A DNA stretch of 64,000 nt from Octopus sinensis (GCF_006345805.1 NW_021833430.1:1-64000); one strand, 5' to 3'; shown: positions 38,815 to 53,363, counted from the first letter of the stretch. The notes: generated by a model not told the origin, from the letters alone. Translations and numbers: made by a program.

Positions 38815-39971
38815 TTGCGCCTCCACCTATTGCTGTTGTTCTCTCAACCGCGTCATAGTTGAGCTGCAGTTATTTTTCTCTTTGCGATCTCATTTTGTAG
38901 TTAGTTACCACTATCTCTCAAGCTATAGTTACGTCTATGAACTTTAACAAACAACAAGTGGTATCTCAAAACAGAGGGTGGCGAGCTGGCAGAAACGTTA
39001 GTACGCCGGGCGAAATGCGTAGCCGTATTTCGTCTGCCGTTACGTTCTGAGTTAAAATTCCGCCGAGGGCGACTTTGCCTTTCATCCTTTCGGGGCCGAT
39101 TGAAAATAAGTACCAGTTACGCACTAGGGTCGATGTAATCGACTTAATCCCTTTGTCTGTCCTTGTTTGTCCCCTCTGTGTCTAGCCCCTTGTGGGTAGT
39201 AAAGAAATAGGTATCCCAATACAGTCAATTTCTTAAACGTTAACATTTTATAATAACAACAAAAAATTCCAGGCTTACATTTAACCAAACGCCTCGATTT
39301 TTTTTTTACATAAACGTAGTAATTTAAACCACCCATCATTTGCTTTTAGAAATATACCCCACAATTTGAGAAAAACGAATAACTACAATCTTTTCTGAGC
39401 AATTATCATTCAGCTGAGTAGGAAATGCAGGTAACAACACACGGGTATGTAGTAGATTCAAAGAATTTCTGAAATATCATGCTAATAGTTAGTATGGTAT
39501 ATGCTCTTGGATTTTAACTACCACTGCGCTCGCAAATTGATTAAATAAATTTAATTAAGTTCTACTAGATACACGAGACAGCTGTAGATGTCCATCATAT
39601 TCATTAAATAATCTAACCACATGACTACTCAGACTATCAGATGTTGTTACATATTGCTAGTCACAATGCGCTTTGCATCGTTTTAGCCTTTGCATGACGC
39701 CACCCCGCTGGCTAGGCGAGAAGGTCAACAATCCCTCACGGGGAGCAAGTGTTTTGCTCAAGAACACAAGGCGCCGCCCGGTCGGGGAATCGAATCCACG
39801 ATCTAGCGATCGTGAGTGCTACAACCTAACTGCCAGGCCACGTGCTTTCATTCGATAAACAAACAGTGTTACTAATTTGTTAATCTTACTCAGCATTCCA
39901 ATAATAATTACCTAGTTATTTTATGAACGCAGTAATGACTAAAAGTATTTGGGTATCACCCATTGTAGCCT

Positions 39972-40470
<499 letters not shown>

Positions 40471-40784
40471 GAAATGCAATCACTACAGGCACGTTGGTAC
40501 TTTACATACAGAACAACTGAAAATGTACCTAATATTCACGTCAGTTTAGTAGATACGCATATGGGAAGCTTAACAACAGTTGTTATAAATGCAATCCCAC
40601 AATGTCTATAAAATACAGATTATTCAATAGCTGATGAAAATCAATAAATTTTCATCATCATCCCTTTGTTACTCTTCTCAGTGAGGTCATGTAGTAAATG
40701 TGAGAGACGACTGCAACTGTGTTATGTAACTAAAACAATTTATTTAATTAATTTACGAACGTAGTAATAGGTAATAATCCATAA

Positions 40785-41179
40785 TCTTTCTATATATAAA
40801 GCTGAAGTTGTCTGTGTATGGCAGGTTTGGCAACCTTCAACTAACACTATCTCCTCCGAGACCCTGCGGCGCAAGTTGACCAAAATTGAGAGTATGATAG
40901 AAAACGGTCTGCTCTTCATTCCGTAGAAGAAAAAAATTCAAATCGGACCATGTTAACGCCAAAAATTAATTACATCAAAAAGGTGCTTTTTTTTCTATGA
41001 AAATCCCTATTTTTTTACGATTTTTTGACTGCTGTGTCACCATTTTTCGGTGTATTTCAGCCAGAAAAATGTTCACTTAAAGAGAATAACAAGCTACATA
41101 ATGCAAAATTTTTACTTTTCAAAAATTCCAATTTTAAAGCGTCGAAACAAACCCGAGCAACGCCGGGCGATACTGCTAG
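40785..41179 (+). mobile_element. Non-autonomous Helitron
   Basis: a|TCtttctatatataaa ... cccgagcaacgccgggcgatactgCTAG|t with subterminal hairpin. Confidence 0.8.
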
Positions 41180-41742
41180 TAAGTTTTATTATGAAAAGTT
41201 AATGGAGCTGTCTCGTCAGTAAATTACATTAAATATCATAGACACACGCAATCCAAATTTTAGGAGGGATAACAAACGGATCACTACGTAGTACAATGTT
41301 AGAATTTACTAAATCCAAAAGTTAATGGGTTTCTATGAAACAGACAACGGTCCTTGGAACAATCATCCTGCAGACGTTTGAGATTAGCTCTGCAGTACCC
41401 TCCTTTTGCCATTTCATTAACTGATTTAATGTACTGTAAATCTGCGTTTAATACAGCTGTGTTTAATTAACAAACCCGTTGCATTGATAAAGGCTATATT
41501 AATAATACCGTAACATGTACATACTTGTATTTCATTTAATCAGTTAACATTTATTTAATTTAGGCTTCAAATTCCTATCAGTGCTTGGCACTTTAGAGAC
41601 GGGAGAGAAATATATTCAGGTGCACCGAGGTGTCTTGTGGAATTAATAAGTGCACTCTTGAGAAATTGACAACCCTGAAAGCCTTTTGGTTCCAGAAAAT
41701 CGTTGGTGTATGTGTAATAGTTATTGATATTTGTAGCCCCTA

Positions 41743-42193
41743 AGGCAGTAAGGTGTCAGAATTCTCGGCGTGCAGGACAAAATGCTTAGCGACGTTTCGC
41801 CCGTCTTTACGTTATATAACACTTCCAATCAATTAAGGTTATTATTATTATTATTATTATTATTAGGTCTGCGAACTAGCAGAATCATTAGCAGGCCGGG
41901 CGAAATGCTTAGCGGTATTTCGTCTGCTGCAAGGCGGCGAGCTGGCAGAGACGTTAGCACGCCGGGCGAAATGCTTAGGGGTATTTCGTCAGCCGCTGCG
42001 TTCTGAGTTCAAATTCCGCCGAGGTCGTCTTTGCGTTTCATCCTTTCGGGGTCGATAAATTAAGTACCAGTTACGCACTGGGGTCGATATAATCGACTTA
42101 ATCCGTTTGTCTGTCCTTGTTTGTCCTCTCTGTGTTTAGCCTCTTGTGGGTAATAAAGAAATAGGTATTTCGTCTGCCACTACGTTCTGAGTT
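41743..42193 (+). mobile_element. SINE family B cluster
   Basis: Two partial heads, one full copy 41932-42163, then a restarted partial unit. Confidence 0.85.
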
Positions 42194-42202
42194 CTTCTTC
42201 TT

Positions 42203-42233
<31 letters not shown>

Positions 42234-42246
42234 TTATTATTATTGT

Positions 42247-42282
<36 letters not shown>

Positions 42283-43338
42283 AAGATGTTTTTGAAATTC
42301 TTTATTAATTTTGAAATCGTCAGTAATGAACCGCTGCTGACTAACATAAATTGTCATCGCATTCTATTTCGATTAAAAAAAATAAAATGGCAAAGTAGTG
42401 TCCTTGAGTAGAAATTCTCTCCCTTAAACAAAAACGTTATTTCCCTTGGACTGATATTCCAGCTCATTTCAAAGCATGTGAAATTCTTTATATAGCTAAG
42501 TGAGTAAACAATGTTTTAATTTCATGGTTTCTTCGTATCTTCAGCCAAGTAGATACCGGACGGTGTGTCCCAGATTTATGAAAATAAAATCCGTCTAAAT
42601 TAAGCTTCAGAGAATCCATGCTAATACTTTAGCTTCTTGGAAAACATGTTATCTTAATAATGATTATACAAATATGACAAACAATTATCTTTTACTTGTT
42701 TCAGTCAGTGAACTGCGGCCATGCTGGGGCAGCGCACTGAAAGATTTTAATTGCACAATCGACCTCAGTACTTGTTTTCTTTTTAGAGGTTGGGGAACCG
42801 GGACTTGTGTTGGTCTGTCGCGAGGACATAAACACACTGACACCGGTTGTCAAGCGGGGGGTGGGGGTGCATACACACACACGCGCGCACGCACACACAC
42901 ACACACGCACACACACACACGCGCACACACATACACACGCACACACACACACACGCACACACACACACACGCGCACACACACACACGCACTCACACGCAC
43001 ACACGCGCGCGCACACACACACGCACACACACACACACGCGCACACACACACACGCACTCACACGCACACACGCGCGCGCACACACACACACGCACACAC
43101 ACATATCTACTAAATCTCCCTCAAACCACCCTACAGCTTACAGAGAAAAAGAAAGAAATATTAAAAAGTGCATGATAAGAAGGGCGTGATTGCTACCGAT
43201 TGGCCCCTTTTGGTTACTGGTTAGCTTTCTCGCACATGACCCGGGATCTGAACTAAACCCCGTAGTATTAAACCATGGATAACAAGACTTGTGATTCATA
43301 ATGAAGATTTAGAGGAAGCCAGAGGTTGCTAGAGAATA

Positions 43339-43850
43339 CCGTAAATCTTCGAGTATAGTCTGCCCTTGAGTATAATGCGCAAGGGATTTTTAGGGGGCTG
43401 TACTTCTGAAAAACCTAAACCTTGTGTATAATACGCACCCTTTCTCTAACTTGAGTCAAGGAGGTCTATATAACGTCCTTGGTTTGTAAAAATGTAGACG
43501 ATAACGTCCTTTATTATTATTGTATATATAACATAATGCAAAAGTATAGCTTTTTTGTGCATTTTCTTTGCAGAAAATAAAGAAATAACAGTAATAACGT
43601 TTAATAAATGTTGCTTACTGCATGTTATGGCTGATTCTTTTATGACTTCATTGCTTTCAGGCTTAGCTTAAGGTATTTCCGTGCCCGACATCACAAAATG
43701 CGTCTGAATAAACATTGCCGGACATCAAATAGAGACTCGGACATTGCTTAGAAAATAATTTTCATTTTTAACCTCGTATATAGTACGTACTAGGGATTTT
43801 GACCTTTAAATTTTGGGGGAAAAATGCGGATTTTACTCGAGGATTTGCGG
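43339..43850 (+). mobile_element. pogo/Tigger-like MITE
   Basis: TA|CCGTAAATCTTCGAGTA ... TACTCGAGGATTTGCGG|TA. Confidence 0.85.
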
Positions 43851-44428
43851 TATTTGAGAAGCACACATAACAGGACCGCGGTTTTGTACTTAACAACTGA
43901 GAAGAACGATGTCAGGGTTAAAGACGACGTACAGGACTGGGGTCAAAGTTATATTAACGCGAACTCTATCTCTGCGGAGCAGCTGTAGTAGTAAAGGTGG
44001 AAAATAATGAATGTAGAAAAGCTAAACTGACAAGACTCTCTCTCTCTATCTCTCACTCTCTCGCTCATACACACACGCAAATACCCCCCTCCTCTCTCTG
44101 TAAGAGGTTGAAAGGCTTTGGTGTGAGATACAGCATCAATAAGTCGGAAGGTTTTCTTGATATAACCCTGGGATTATTTTAAATCTTACTCTAAGACTTA
44201 TTGTCTTAAACGTATTTGAACTGATTTAAACGTTTGTTTACTCATAGCACAGCTCCCACGAGCCTACTATCATATAATACATAAAGGTTTATCAAAATGT
44301 TGACGATAATATCTTAGAAAAGTCCTGGGCCACGTCTCATCGGCGAGAGTAACGAACCGCATAACCCTTGTCGATTTCTAGCAATGTATTTCTTGGAAAC
44401 GATATACTTATAACTATATCCTTTAACC

Positions 44429-45022
44429 TATTTCTTTACTACCCACAAGGGACTAAACACAGAGAGGACAAACAAGGACAGACAAACGGATTAAGTCGAT
44501 TACATCGACCCCTGTGCGTAAATGATACATATTTAATCGACCCTGAAAGGATGAAAGGCAAAGTCGACCACGGCGGAATTTGAACTCAGAACGTAACAGC
44601 AGACGAAATGCTTATTTCATTACTACCCACAAGGGGCTAAACACAGAGAGGACAAACAAGGACAGACAAACGGATTAAGTCGATTATATCGACCGCAACG
44701 ACCAACTGGTACTTATTTAATCAACCCTGAAAGGACGAAAGGCAAAGTCGACCTCGGCGGAATTTTAACTCAGAACGTAGCGGCAGATGAAATACCTATT
44801 TCTTTACTACCCACAAGGGGCTAAACACAGAGGAGACAAACAAGGATAGACAAACGGATTAAATCGATTACATCGACCCCAATGCGTAACTGGTACTTAA
44901 TTTATCGACCCCGAGAGGGTGAAAGGTAAAGTCGATCTCGGCGGAGTTTGAACTCAGAACGTAACGGCAGACGAAATACCGCTAAGCATTTCGCCCGGCG
45001 TGCTAACGTTTCTGCCAGCTCG
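44429..45022 (-). mobile_element. SINE family B trimer
   Basis: One copy with head (44797-45022) plus two ~184-bp head-truncated units. Confidence 0.9.
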
Positions 45023-45246
45023 TCAACCAAAACAACGTTGCAGACTCAGTGTAACTAAACAACGCTGCAGACTCAGTGTAACTAAACAACGCTAATACTT
45101 ATGAGTGTCAAACAGTGCAGTAAGGAATACATCTTTAGAGTATACACTTCTCCCATATAATGGCCATTTTGCCCTACGAGATAAAAGTGAACATTCGTAT
45201 TACATCCTTAAAAATCTCATCAATAAATATTGCTGTCGAACATATA

Positions 45247-45752
45247 CCGTAAATTCTCGAGTATAATCCGCATTTTTTCCCAAAATTCCTAGTGCGTACT
45301 ATATACGAGGTTTAAAAGGAAAAATATTTTCTAAGCAATGTCCAAGTCTCTATTTTCTGTCCGGCAATGTTTATTCAGATGCATTTTGTGATGTCGGGCA
45401 CGAAAATACCTTAAGCTAAGCCAGAAAGCAATGAAGTCATAAAAAAATCATCCATAACTTGCAGTAAGCAACATTTATTAAACGTTATTACTGTTATTAC
45501 TGTCATTTCTTTATTTTCTGCAAACAAAATGCATAAAAATGCTACACGTTTGCATTATGTTATATATACAATAATAATAAAGGATGTTACCGTCTACATT
45601 TTTACAAACCAAGGACGTTATATAGACCTCCTTGACTCAAGTTAGAGAAGGGGTGCGTATTATACACAAGGTTTAGGTTTTTCAGAGGTGCAGTTTCCTA
45701 AAAGTCCCCTGCGTATTATACTCAAGGGCAGACTATACTCGAAGATTTACGG
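45247..45752 (-). mobile_element. pogo/Tigger-like MITE, inverted copy of 43339-43850
   Basis: TA|CCGTAAATTCTCGAGTA ... TACTCGAAGATTTACGG|TA; body is the reverse complement of the first copy. Confidence 0.85.
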
Positions 45753-46019
45753 TATGTTATTTACAACTACTATGAAGCCAACGAAAGAAACATTATATGA
45801 CAGCTCTACGCGGTAGAAACAGCAGCTAAATCTCTGTCTAACCACATCCTGCCACTTTAAGACACATTGAATGATGTAGTCTAAGGCTACACTATTACCG
45901 ATAATTAAATATAGAGACACAAAAAAAACCTCATGACCCCAATATCTCTTGTCATTGCTCAATGAGAATGGATTTCGATTACAATAACAACGGACAAAGG
46001 CATCATCATTATCAACAAT

Positions 46020-46047
46020 AACTTCAACAACAACAGCAGCAGCAGCA

Positions 46048-46089
<42 letters not shown>

Positions 46090-46108
46090 GCTACTGCTGC
46101 TGCTGCTG

Positions 46109-46193
<85 letters not shown>

Positions 46194-46197
46194 AACA
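46020..46197. repeat. (ACT)n/(GCT)n compound microsatellite
   Basis: Direct reading. Confidence 0.95.
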
Positions 46198-46465
46198 ATC
46201 GTGCGTATGTACAAAGTTAAGAAGTCTGATAAAGGATCTGATTTAAACACAGAAATGATGTTTCCCTCCAGGAGCTTATTCGGCGCCTGTGACAAATCCA
46301 CGTTTGTATGCTATTATAAACTCAATAGAAACACACTAACCCATATAATTAGCATTTGACGGACTACAGTTCTATAAAAAAGAAATCTGATAATATGTTG
46401 CAGGAATGTTCGTGTTGGAAATTAATTAACAGCATTGTATGATGGACTCGGCTTACTGTGAGTCG

Positions 46466-46770
46466 TGGAGGCACATGGCCTAGTGGTTAGAGCAGTGGAC
46501 TCGCTGCCGAGGGATCGCAGGTTCAAATCTCAGACCGGGCGATGTGTGTGTTTATGAGCGAAACACCTAAGCTCCACGCAGCTCAGGCAGAAGGTATTGG
46601 AGGACTTCTGCTGACTCTTTCACCACAACGTTCTCTCGCCCTTTCCTCCTGCATCTTGCAGCTCACCTGCGGTGGACCGGCGTCCCGTCCAGGTGGGGAA
46701 CCTATACGCCAAGCAAACCGGGAAACCGGCCCTTATGAGCCAGACGTGGCTCTTATTCAGGTTAGTAAAG
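46466..46770 (+). mobile_element. tRNA-derived SINE (C-related)
   Basis: tggcctagtggttagag (A box), ggttcaaatct (B box); related copy 47986-48215. Confidence 0.8.
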
Positions 46771-47615
46771 TGGGGTAACGACTCCCTTAGGCTATGAATG
46801 ACAACGGCATTGTACCTAAAAAGTTCCCTTTCGAGGCACAAGTCAGGGTAAGTTGTTTGCGGAAGACCAGCAGTCGCCCATAAATACCAGCCTCCCCTCT
46901 CCACTCCACCAACGTTGTCCGAGGGAAAGGTCAAGGCCGATACAGTTGTGACGTCACAACTAATTTCTACAGCTGACTGAACTGGAGCATCGGGAAATAA
47001 AGTATCATACAGTCATACACAACATACAGTCCGGTCCGGGAATCGAACTTCCAACCTCTCGAATGTAAGCTCGACACCTTAACCACTGAGCTATGTGCAT
47101 TCGAGAGGAAAACGTGTGTCAGGTTAACTCGTTTAGTGTAGTGGGCAGCTAACTCGCTCTAAGAGAGAGGACGTCGTAGTAGCGGCAGAAAAGGCAGATT
47201 ACTGGGACATTGTATATGTGTAGTAAAAGTTGAACGGGTCTTTATCAGAACAAACAGGTCTAGTATATGTCAAGTAGAGGATATTAACCACTATAAGGTG
47301 GTTGATATACTCTGCTAGCTTGTATGCTTCAATGACTTCGCGTACTATGCAAGCTGAGCACAAGCTCCTGGAATGGCCTGCCATGCTGGACAGGTCAAAA
47401 GATACAGGTTGGACAGATTAACATGGTCCACCTCTTTCTAGAGGTAAAAATGGGATTACGTAGAGCCAAGAAACCCTACCTAGATAAAAGTAAGTTACAG
47501 AAGTATTGTTCGATGACAATAAAAAATTAAAAAAACCGAAACTTACGACACAGTGCAGCAAAATCTGAAAGAAGCTGCAAGAAAAACAAGGGACCCAGCT
47601 GGAGAGGCGCAGAAA

Positions 47616-47945
47616 GTTGGTTGGCATCCTTTCTGTCTCGGGAGACAATGGAGTTGCGCATAAAGTAGTCTAGTCCGGCTTTTATATTTCATGTCCTGAT
47701 ACATTTCCTGCTGTGGCTGTGTAGTCCTATCCTGGACAAACACTCCCTCTGGCAGGTACCGCAAATGTAGCGTAGACTGTTCCTGGCTGGTTGTAATGCC
47801 ATAGTCTCTTGTTGACGTCTCTTCTTTTCTTTCCATTTCTCCTCTCTCTCTCTCTGTCACTCCTTTGTATTCCCTCTTTTACGGTACGTCACCATTCTCC
47901 ACGGTTGCCGGCAACTGCCTCCCAGCCGCTAAAGCCCAGTGTATA
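47616..47945 (-). mobile_element. RTE-clade LINE 3' end with terminal zinc finger
   Basis: Minus strand YICGTCQRECLSRIGLHSHSRKC then attgtctcccgagacagaaaggatgccaac tail. Confidence 0.75.
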
Positions 47946-48278
47946 AAGAAGTGGAGAAGAGTTATTGATGGTCTATGCACCTTACAGGCGCGTGGTTTAG
48001 TGGTTAGGGAGGTTGGACTTATGATCGTAAGATTGTGGTTTCGACCCCTGGACCGGACGATGCGTTGTGTTCTTGGGCAAAACAATTAATTTCCCGTTGC
48101 TCCTGTCCACTGAGTTTGCATAAACGGTGTCCCGTTCATGTGGAGAACTTATACGCCACGAAACCGGGAAACCGGCCTTTATGGATCGGCATGACGGCAT
48201 GACTCGAGAACGTAACTTTATCTTTACCCTTGTACTTCTTGCAGAGCGGAGAGGATGTTTAAGCTCCATCCACCAAAC

Positions 48279-49040
48279 CAGGGGTCCCCAAACATTTTTT
48301 TTTAATGTATATAAACCCTTTTGATTACTATTTTATTCTGGTAGACCTCCATAGCCATTCGATGTTTAAAGATTTCACTTACTCTCTACTCTTTTACTCT
48401 TTTACTTGTTTCGCCATGATGGAGTACAGCCTTTAGTAAAGCAAATCGACCACAGGACTTATTCATTGGAAGCCTAGTACTTATTCTATCGGTGTCTTTT
48501 GCGGAACCGCTAAGTTACGGGGACGTAAACACACCACCATCGGTTGTCAAGCGATGTTGGGAGAACAAACACAGACACACAAACACAGACACACACACGC
48601 ACATATATATACACATATATGATCTTCTTTCAGTATCCGTCTACCAAATCCACTCACAAGGCTTTGGTCGGCCCGAAGTTATAGTAGAAGACACTTGCCC
48701 AAAGTGCCACGCAGTGGGACTGAACCCGGAATCATGTGGTTGGTAAGCAAGCTACTTACCACACAGCCACTCCCTCTTGCACCTATGAAACTTATAGAAA
48801 CTCCTTTAAAACATCCCGTTTCGTTTTTCACACACTTGCTTGTGTAGGCTGTGTAAGATGTTAGAGAAAGAAACCTAGCTGTTTCTTGCAATATGTACCA
48901 ATACATACATCTAAAGCAACATTTTTTCAGAGGCCCTTAAAATGCTATCACGGTTCCTCAATTCACTATTTTACACGTGGACCCCGCAAAATCTTATATG
49001 GACCATAAGGGGCCATATGGAGCCCGGTTGAGATCCACTG
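48279..49040. mobile_element. hAT-like MITE interrupted by SINE A (48380-48772)
   Basis: CAGGGGTCCCCAAAC ... GTTGAGATCCACTG imperfect TIRs; 8-bp TSD only partly matching. Confidence 0.45.
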
Positions 49041-49429
49041 AGCTAAACATTGTAGCGATTTAGTTGTGAAAAATAGTGTCATAGCCTGATAAAAGTGGAC
49101 GATCGTATTACAATCATTAAAACCTCATAAACAGATATTGCCGTTAAACGTATATACTGTATACAAATATACAACAAGGATAAAGCTAAAGAAACAACTA
49201 TGTCGTGACTCGATGTGGTAGAAATAACAGCCGAATCTCTCTGTCAAACAACACCCTGTTGCCTTAAGATATATCAGAAAATGTAGTTCAAGGCTACAAT
49301 ATTCCTAATAAACAAAATAATCAAATAAATAAACATGAAAAATACTTATGACCTCAATGTTCCTTATCATTTATCATTGCTCAATAAGGGATGAATTTCG
49401 ATTTACAACAACTAAAAAACATCATCTAC

Positions 49430-49463
49430 ATTATTATTATCATTATCAACATCAACAACAGCA

Positions 49464-49522
<59 letters not shown>

Positions 49523-49694
49523 CACAGCCACCACCACCACCACTACTATTACTACAACTACCACCACCGCCACCACTACTAATACTGTTATTACTACTAC
49601 TACCACCATCACCACCACCACCAATACTTCTACTACTACCACCACAACCACCATCACCACCACCATCACCTCCTCCACCACCACCACCACCACA

Positions 49695-49726
<32 letters not shown>

Positions 49727-49989
49727 ACTACTACCACCACCACCACCACCACAACCACCACCACCACTACTACTACTACTACTACCACCACCACCATCAC
49801 CACTTATAGTACTACTACTACCACCACCACCACCACCATCACCACTTATAGTACTACTACTACTACCGCCACTACTACCACCACCACCACTACTACCACC
49901 ACCACCAACAACACTACCACAACCACCATCACCACTTATAGTACTACTACTACTACCGCCGCCGCCACCACCACCACCACCACCACCAC

Positions 49990-50026
<37 letters not shown>

Positions 50027-50259
50027 ACTACTACTACTACTACCACCACCATCACCACTTATAGTACTACTACTACTACCACCACCACCACCACCACCAC
50101 CACTTATAGTACTACTACTACTACTACCGCCACTACTACCACCACCACACCACTACCACCACCACCACCACCACCAACAACACTACCACAACCACCATCA
50201 CCACTTATAGTACTACTACTACTACCGCCGCCGCCACCACCACCACCACCACCACCACC

Positions 50260-50328
<69 letters not shown>

Positions 50329-50330
50329 GC
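49430..50330. repeat. (CAC)n/(CTA)n compound microsatellite with higher-order repeats
   Basis: Marker caccacttatagtactac recurs six times. Confidence 0.95.
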
Positions 50331-50667
50331 TATCGCGCGTATGTGCAAGTGGATATATATAGAATTAGTAGATTTATGGAACAGAATATAGTGCTTCATC
50401 CATTACCATCCATTGCTGGTTTTTTGTAAGAATTCTTGCGATGTGAAGAAATAACGGGCAAACATGCACCGGTACGAGCATAGGAACTTATATGCGGACA
50501 CAAATAATACACATGCATACACAGGCACACACACATCCATGCACATATACATACACACAAATACATGCATACACTCACACGCACACATTTATGTACCTGA
50601 ATATATTCTGTGTAATACATTCTAAATCTGCATAACCTCCTTCCGAGGGCCATCTCTTTCCCACCTT

Positions 50668-50728
<61 letters not shown>

Positions 50729-50886
50729 GCACGCACACACATACACGCATATACACACATACATATGCGCGCGCATACGTACATTGATGCATACATAATT
50801 ACATGCACACATACTTGCATTTATATATACATACATGCATATATACTTGTATATATATATATATATATATACATACATTTATATAT

Positions 50887-50932
<46 letters not shown>

Positions 50933-50964
50933 TATATATATATATATTATATATATATATATAT

Positions 50965-50997
<33 letters not shown>

Positions 50998-51296
50998 ATA
51001 TGTATATGTATATGCATATATGTATCTATGTATGCATGTATATATGTATGTATATACGTACAGGCACAAGCGTAGAAACCCAGCTTCACTCTGCTTAGCT
51101 CGCAGGAAAAGAATGAGAAAGATAAGCTCCCAAGACAGGAACATTTAACCCTGGTGTCTGCTACAGCTGTGTGGCCTTTCATGACCCATCTACATCGTTC
51201 TGTTAGACTAGATAACATTGATGTACTTGGCTATGGATGTAGTGAATATATCATTGGGCATATACATACATACATACATATATACACACACATACA

Positions 51297-52212
51297 TCTA
51301 TATATATAAAACTCAACTTGTGTGTCTGTGTGTGTATCTGTGTGTGTGTCTGTGTGTTTAACTTCCCGGCACATCTCCTCCTAGCCAACAAATCGTAGAA
51401 CCACCAAAAATGGGTCACTTGAAGTTTAGGCGAATGAAAATTGAACTGCGCTATTTCTGTTCCGAAATTCATCTCGCAAGTGCAAAAATCAATAATGTGT
51501 TTGTTCAGGCCTTATCCCATGCATTGAATAGTGAACTTTACTCAGTCAGCTGTTTGACGTGAACTGTGTTCACCACGCGTGCAAGCATGCGTAAATTGCA
51601 TGAAAAATAAAAAATCAAGATATAAAAACGAATCGCCGTAAACATTGTAGAAATTCGGCAAAGAAATGAATTTTCGGGATGTAGCCTGGAGGTTTTTTTC
51701 GTATTAATCGTTTGGACTTTGTGAACACATAGCAATTGTTTTCATAACATTTTTAACGCTTTGAATTAAATGTGACCATTCTGCGTTGAGTCAGCAGTTT
51801 GAATCACTTTAACCAAATTTTAGCAGGCCGGATTTTTGATCATCACGATACATCGCCAGCGACTCCCAGAAATTCTCCCCAGAAATCTCAGTTGAGAAAT
51901 ACTGATCTAAAAGAATAATTCAACAATGCAATTATTTGATCAACAAAAATCTATGAAACGTTTCTACCCACTTCCTATTGAGGAAATGGAACACAAAAGC
52001 GCAAAAATAGAGGGCATTAAATGCTTGATTTTAAAACCAAAATAATTGAGTTTTGATTGAACTTCATCCAAGTTTAGCTTAATTCGCGCGTGCATAGAAC
52101 GCACGAGCGCACGTACGTACATTGTGTAAGAAAGTATTGATTTTTCACTCGCAGATTAATCGATTTTCCTCAGTGCGATTAATAGTCACACAAAGCCGGG
52201 CAATACTGCTAG
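51297..52212 (+). mobile_element. Non-autonomous Helitron
   Basis: a|TCtatatatataaaactcaacttgtgtgt ... gccgggcaatactgCTAG|t. Confidence 0.75.
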
Positions 52213-52232
52213 TTAGTGTGTATATATATATA

Positions 52233-52303
<71 letters not shown>

Positions 52304-53325
52304 GATATGCATAAATATATATAAGTATATATTCATATACTCCCCCTCCTACACACACATAGGAAAGATACTATACTTAAAAATAAGTACCAGAGATAAG
52401 AATTTCAACGAAACCCTTCAACGCGGTGCCCCACTATGGCCGCAGTCCATTCCAGGGATTAAATGACGAAATGGTTGAAGGAAAACAGCGGTGACGCTGG
52501 TTGTGGAAATCACTTTTCGTCTCATACACTCATTAGCACTTAATCTATCTGCAAATTAAATTTGAAGCAAATCAGATATTAAATGCTAAAGTTATTGAGC
52601 AAATAAAAATTCGCAATCAAATTGAAAAAATCGTTATTATGCAGCTTTTTGTCCTCCCCTTACAGCCTAAGTAAAATATTCTTCCTTAATAGTCATTCTC
52701 GTAACGAGAAATGCAAAAGTTATTGCAAAACGTGGCCGCTGATTTGTAATTATCGATGTTTTCAAGAATCTGAGTATGCGATGAGGTTTCTAGGCATGAG
52801 TTATACTCACGTGCCAAGTTTCATCAATATCAATAAAACGATTTAGGTGGAGTTAGCTAACAATTCCGCAAAAACACTCTCACTCTCACGGGCAGAATTT
52901 CCCACATACCCGATCACGCGGTTAAACCATTGGGAGTGAAGGACTCCTAGCCTTTGTTAGGGCATCCTTCTAGGAAGGTAACTCAGGTAACTGGGATAAC
53001 TCCAACATAAAACCTGCGGCTCAGTGGTTGACTTGTTCTTTTCGGATTATGGCTGCTGTTGCTTAGTGTGTGGGATTGACTCAGTGCACAGCCTTTCCTC
53101 ACAAATTCTTCTTGCAGAGGAATTGCACGATAACAACATTGTTCATGATTGTTGATGGTGCTGTGAGTCTCAACTGAATGGCTGGTTGTAGCCTTAAAAA
53201 GCAAATAAAAGTCACATTCGATCACAGCACCAATAACAGGGGGCAGCCATCATATATATGATAGATCGTTAGCTCCAACACGCATTTTTTTCTCTCCTTG
53301 TTTCTCTCCTTTTTTTTTCTGTGTA

Positions 53326-53363
53326 TCTTTCTGTCGAAGAGCGTAGGCTCGAAACCTAAAAGA
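53326..53363 (+). ncRNA. Variant/degenerate minimal hammerhead motif (Penelope-like remnant)
   Basis: TCTTT-CTGTCGA-A-GAGC-gtag-GCTC-GAAA-CCTA-AAAGA; core deviates from CTGANGA and stem III is mismatched. Confidence 0.45.

Noticed and set aside
46466-46545. Possible tRNA genes at SINE heads (also 7520-7592, 6313-6385)
   Set aside because: A/B boxes are present but they run into SINE bodies and lack a clean cloverleaf.
52860-53160. Possible RTE 5' UTR with HDV-like ribozyme
   Set aside because: Resembles a LINE 5' UTR but I could not build the nested double pseudoknot by eye; needs a motif search.
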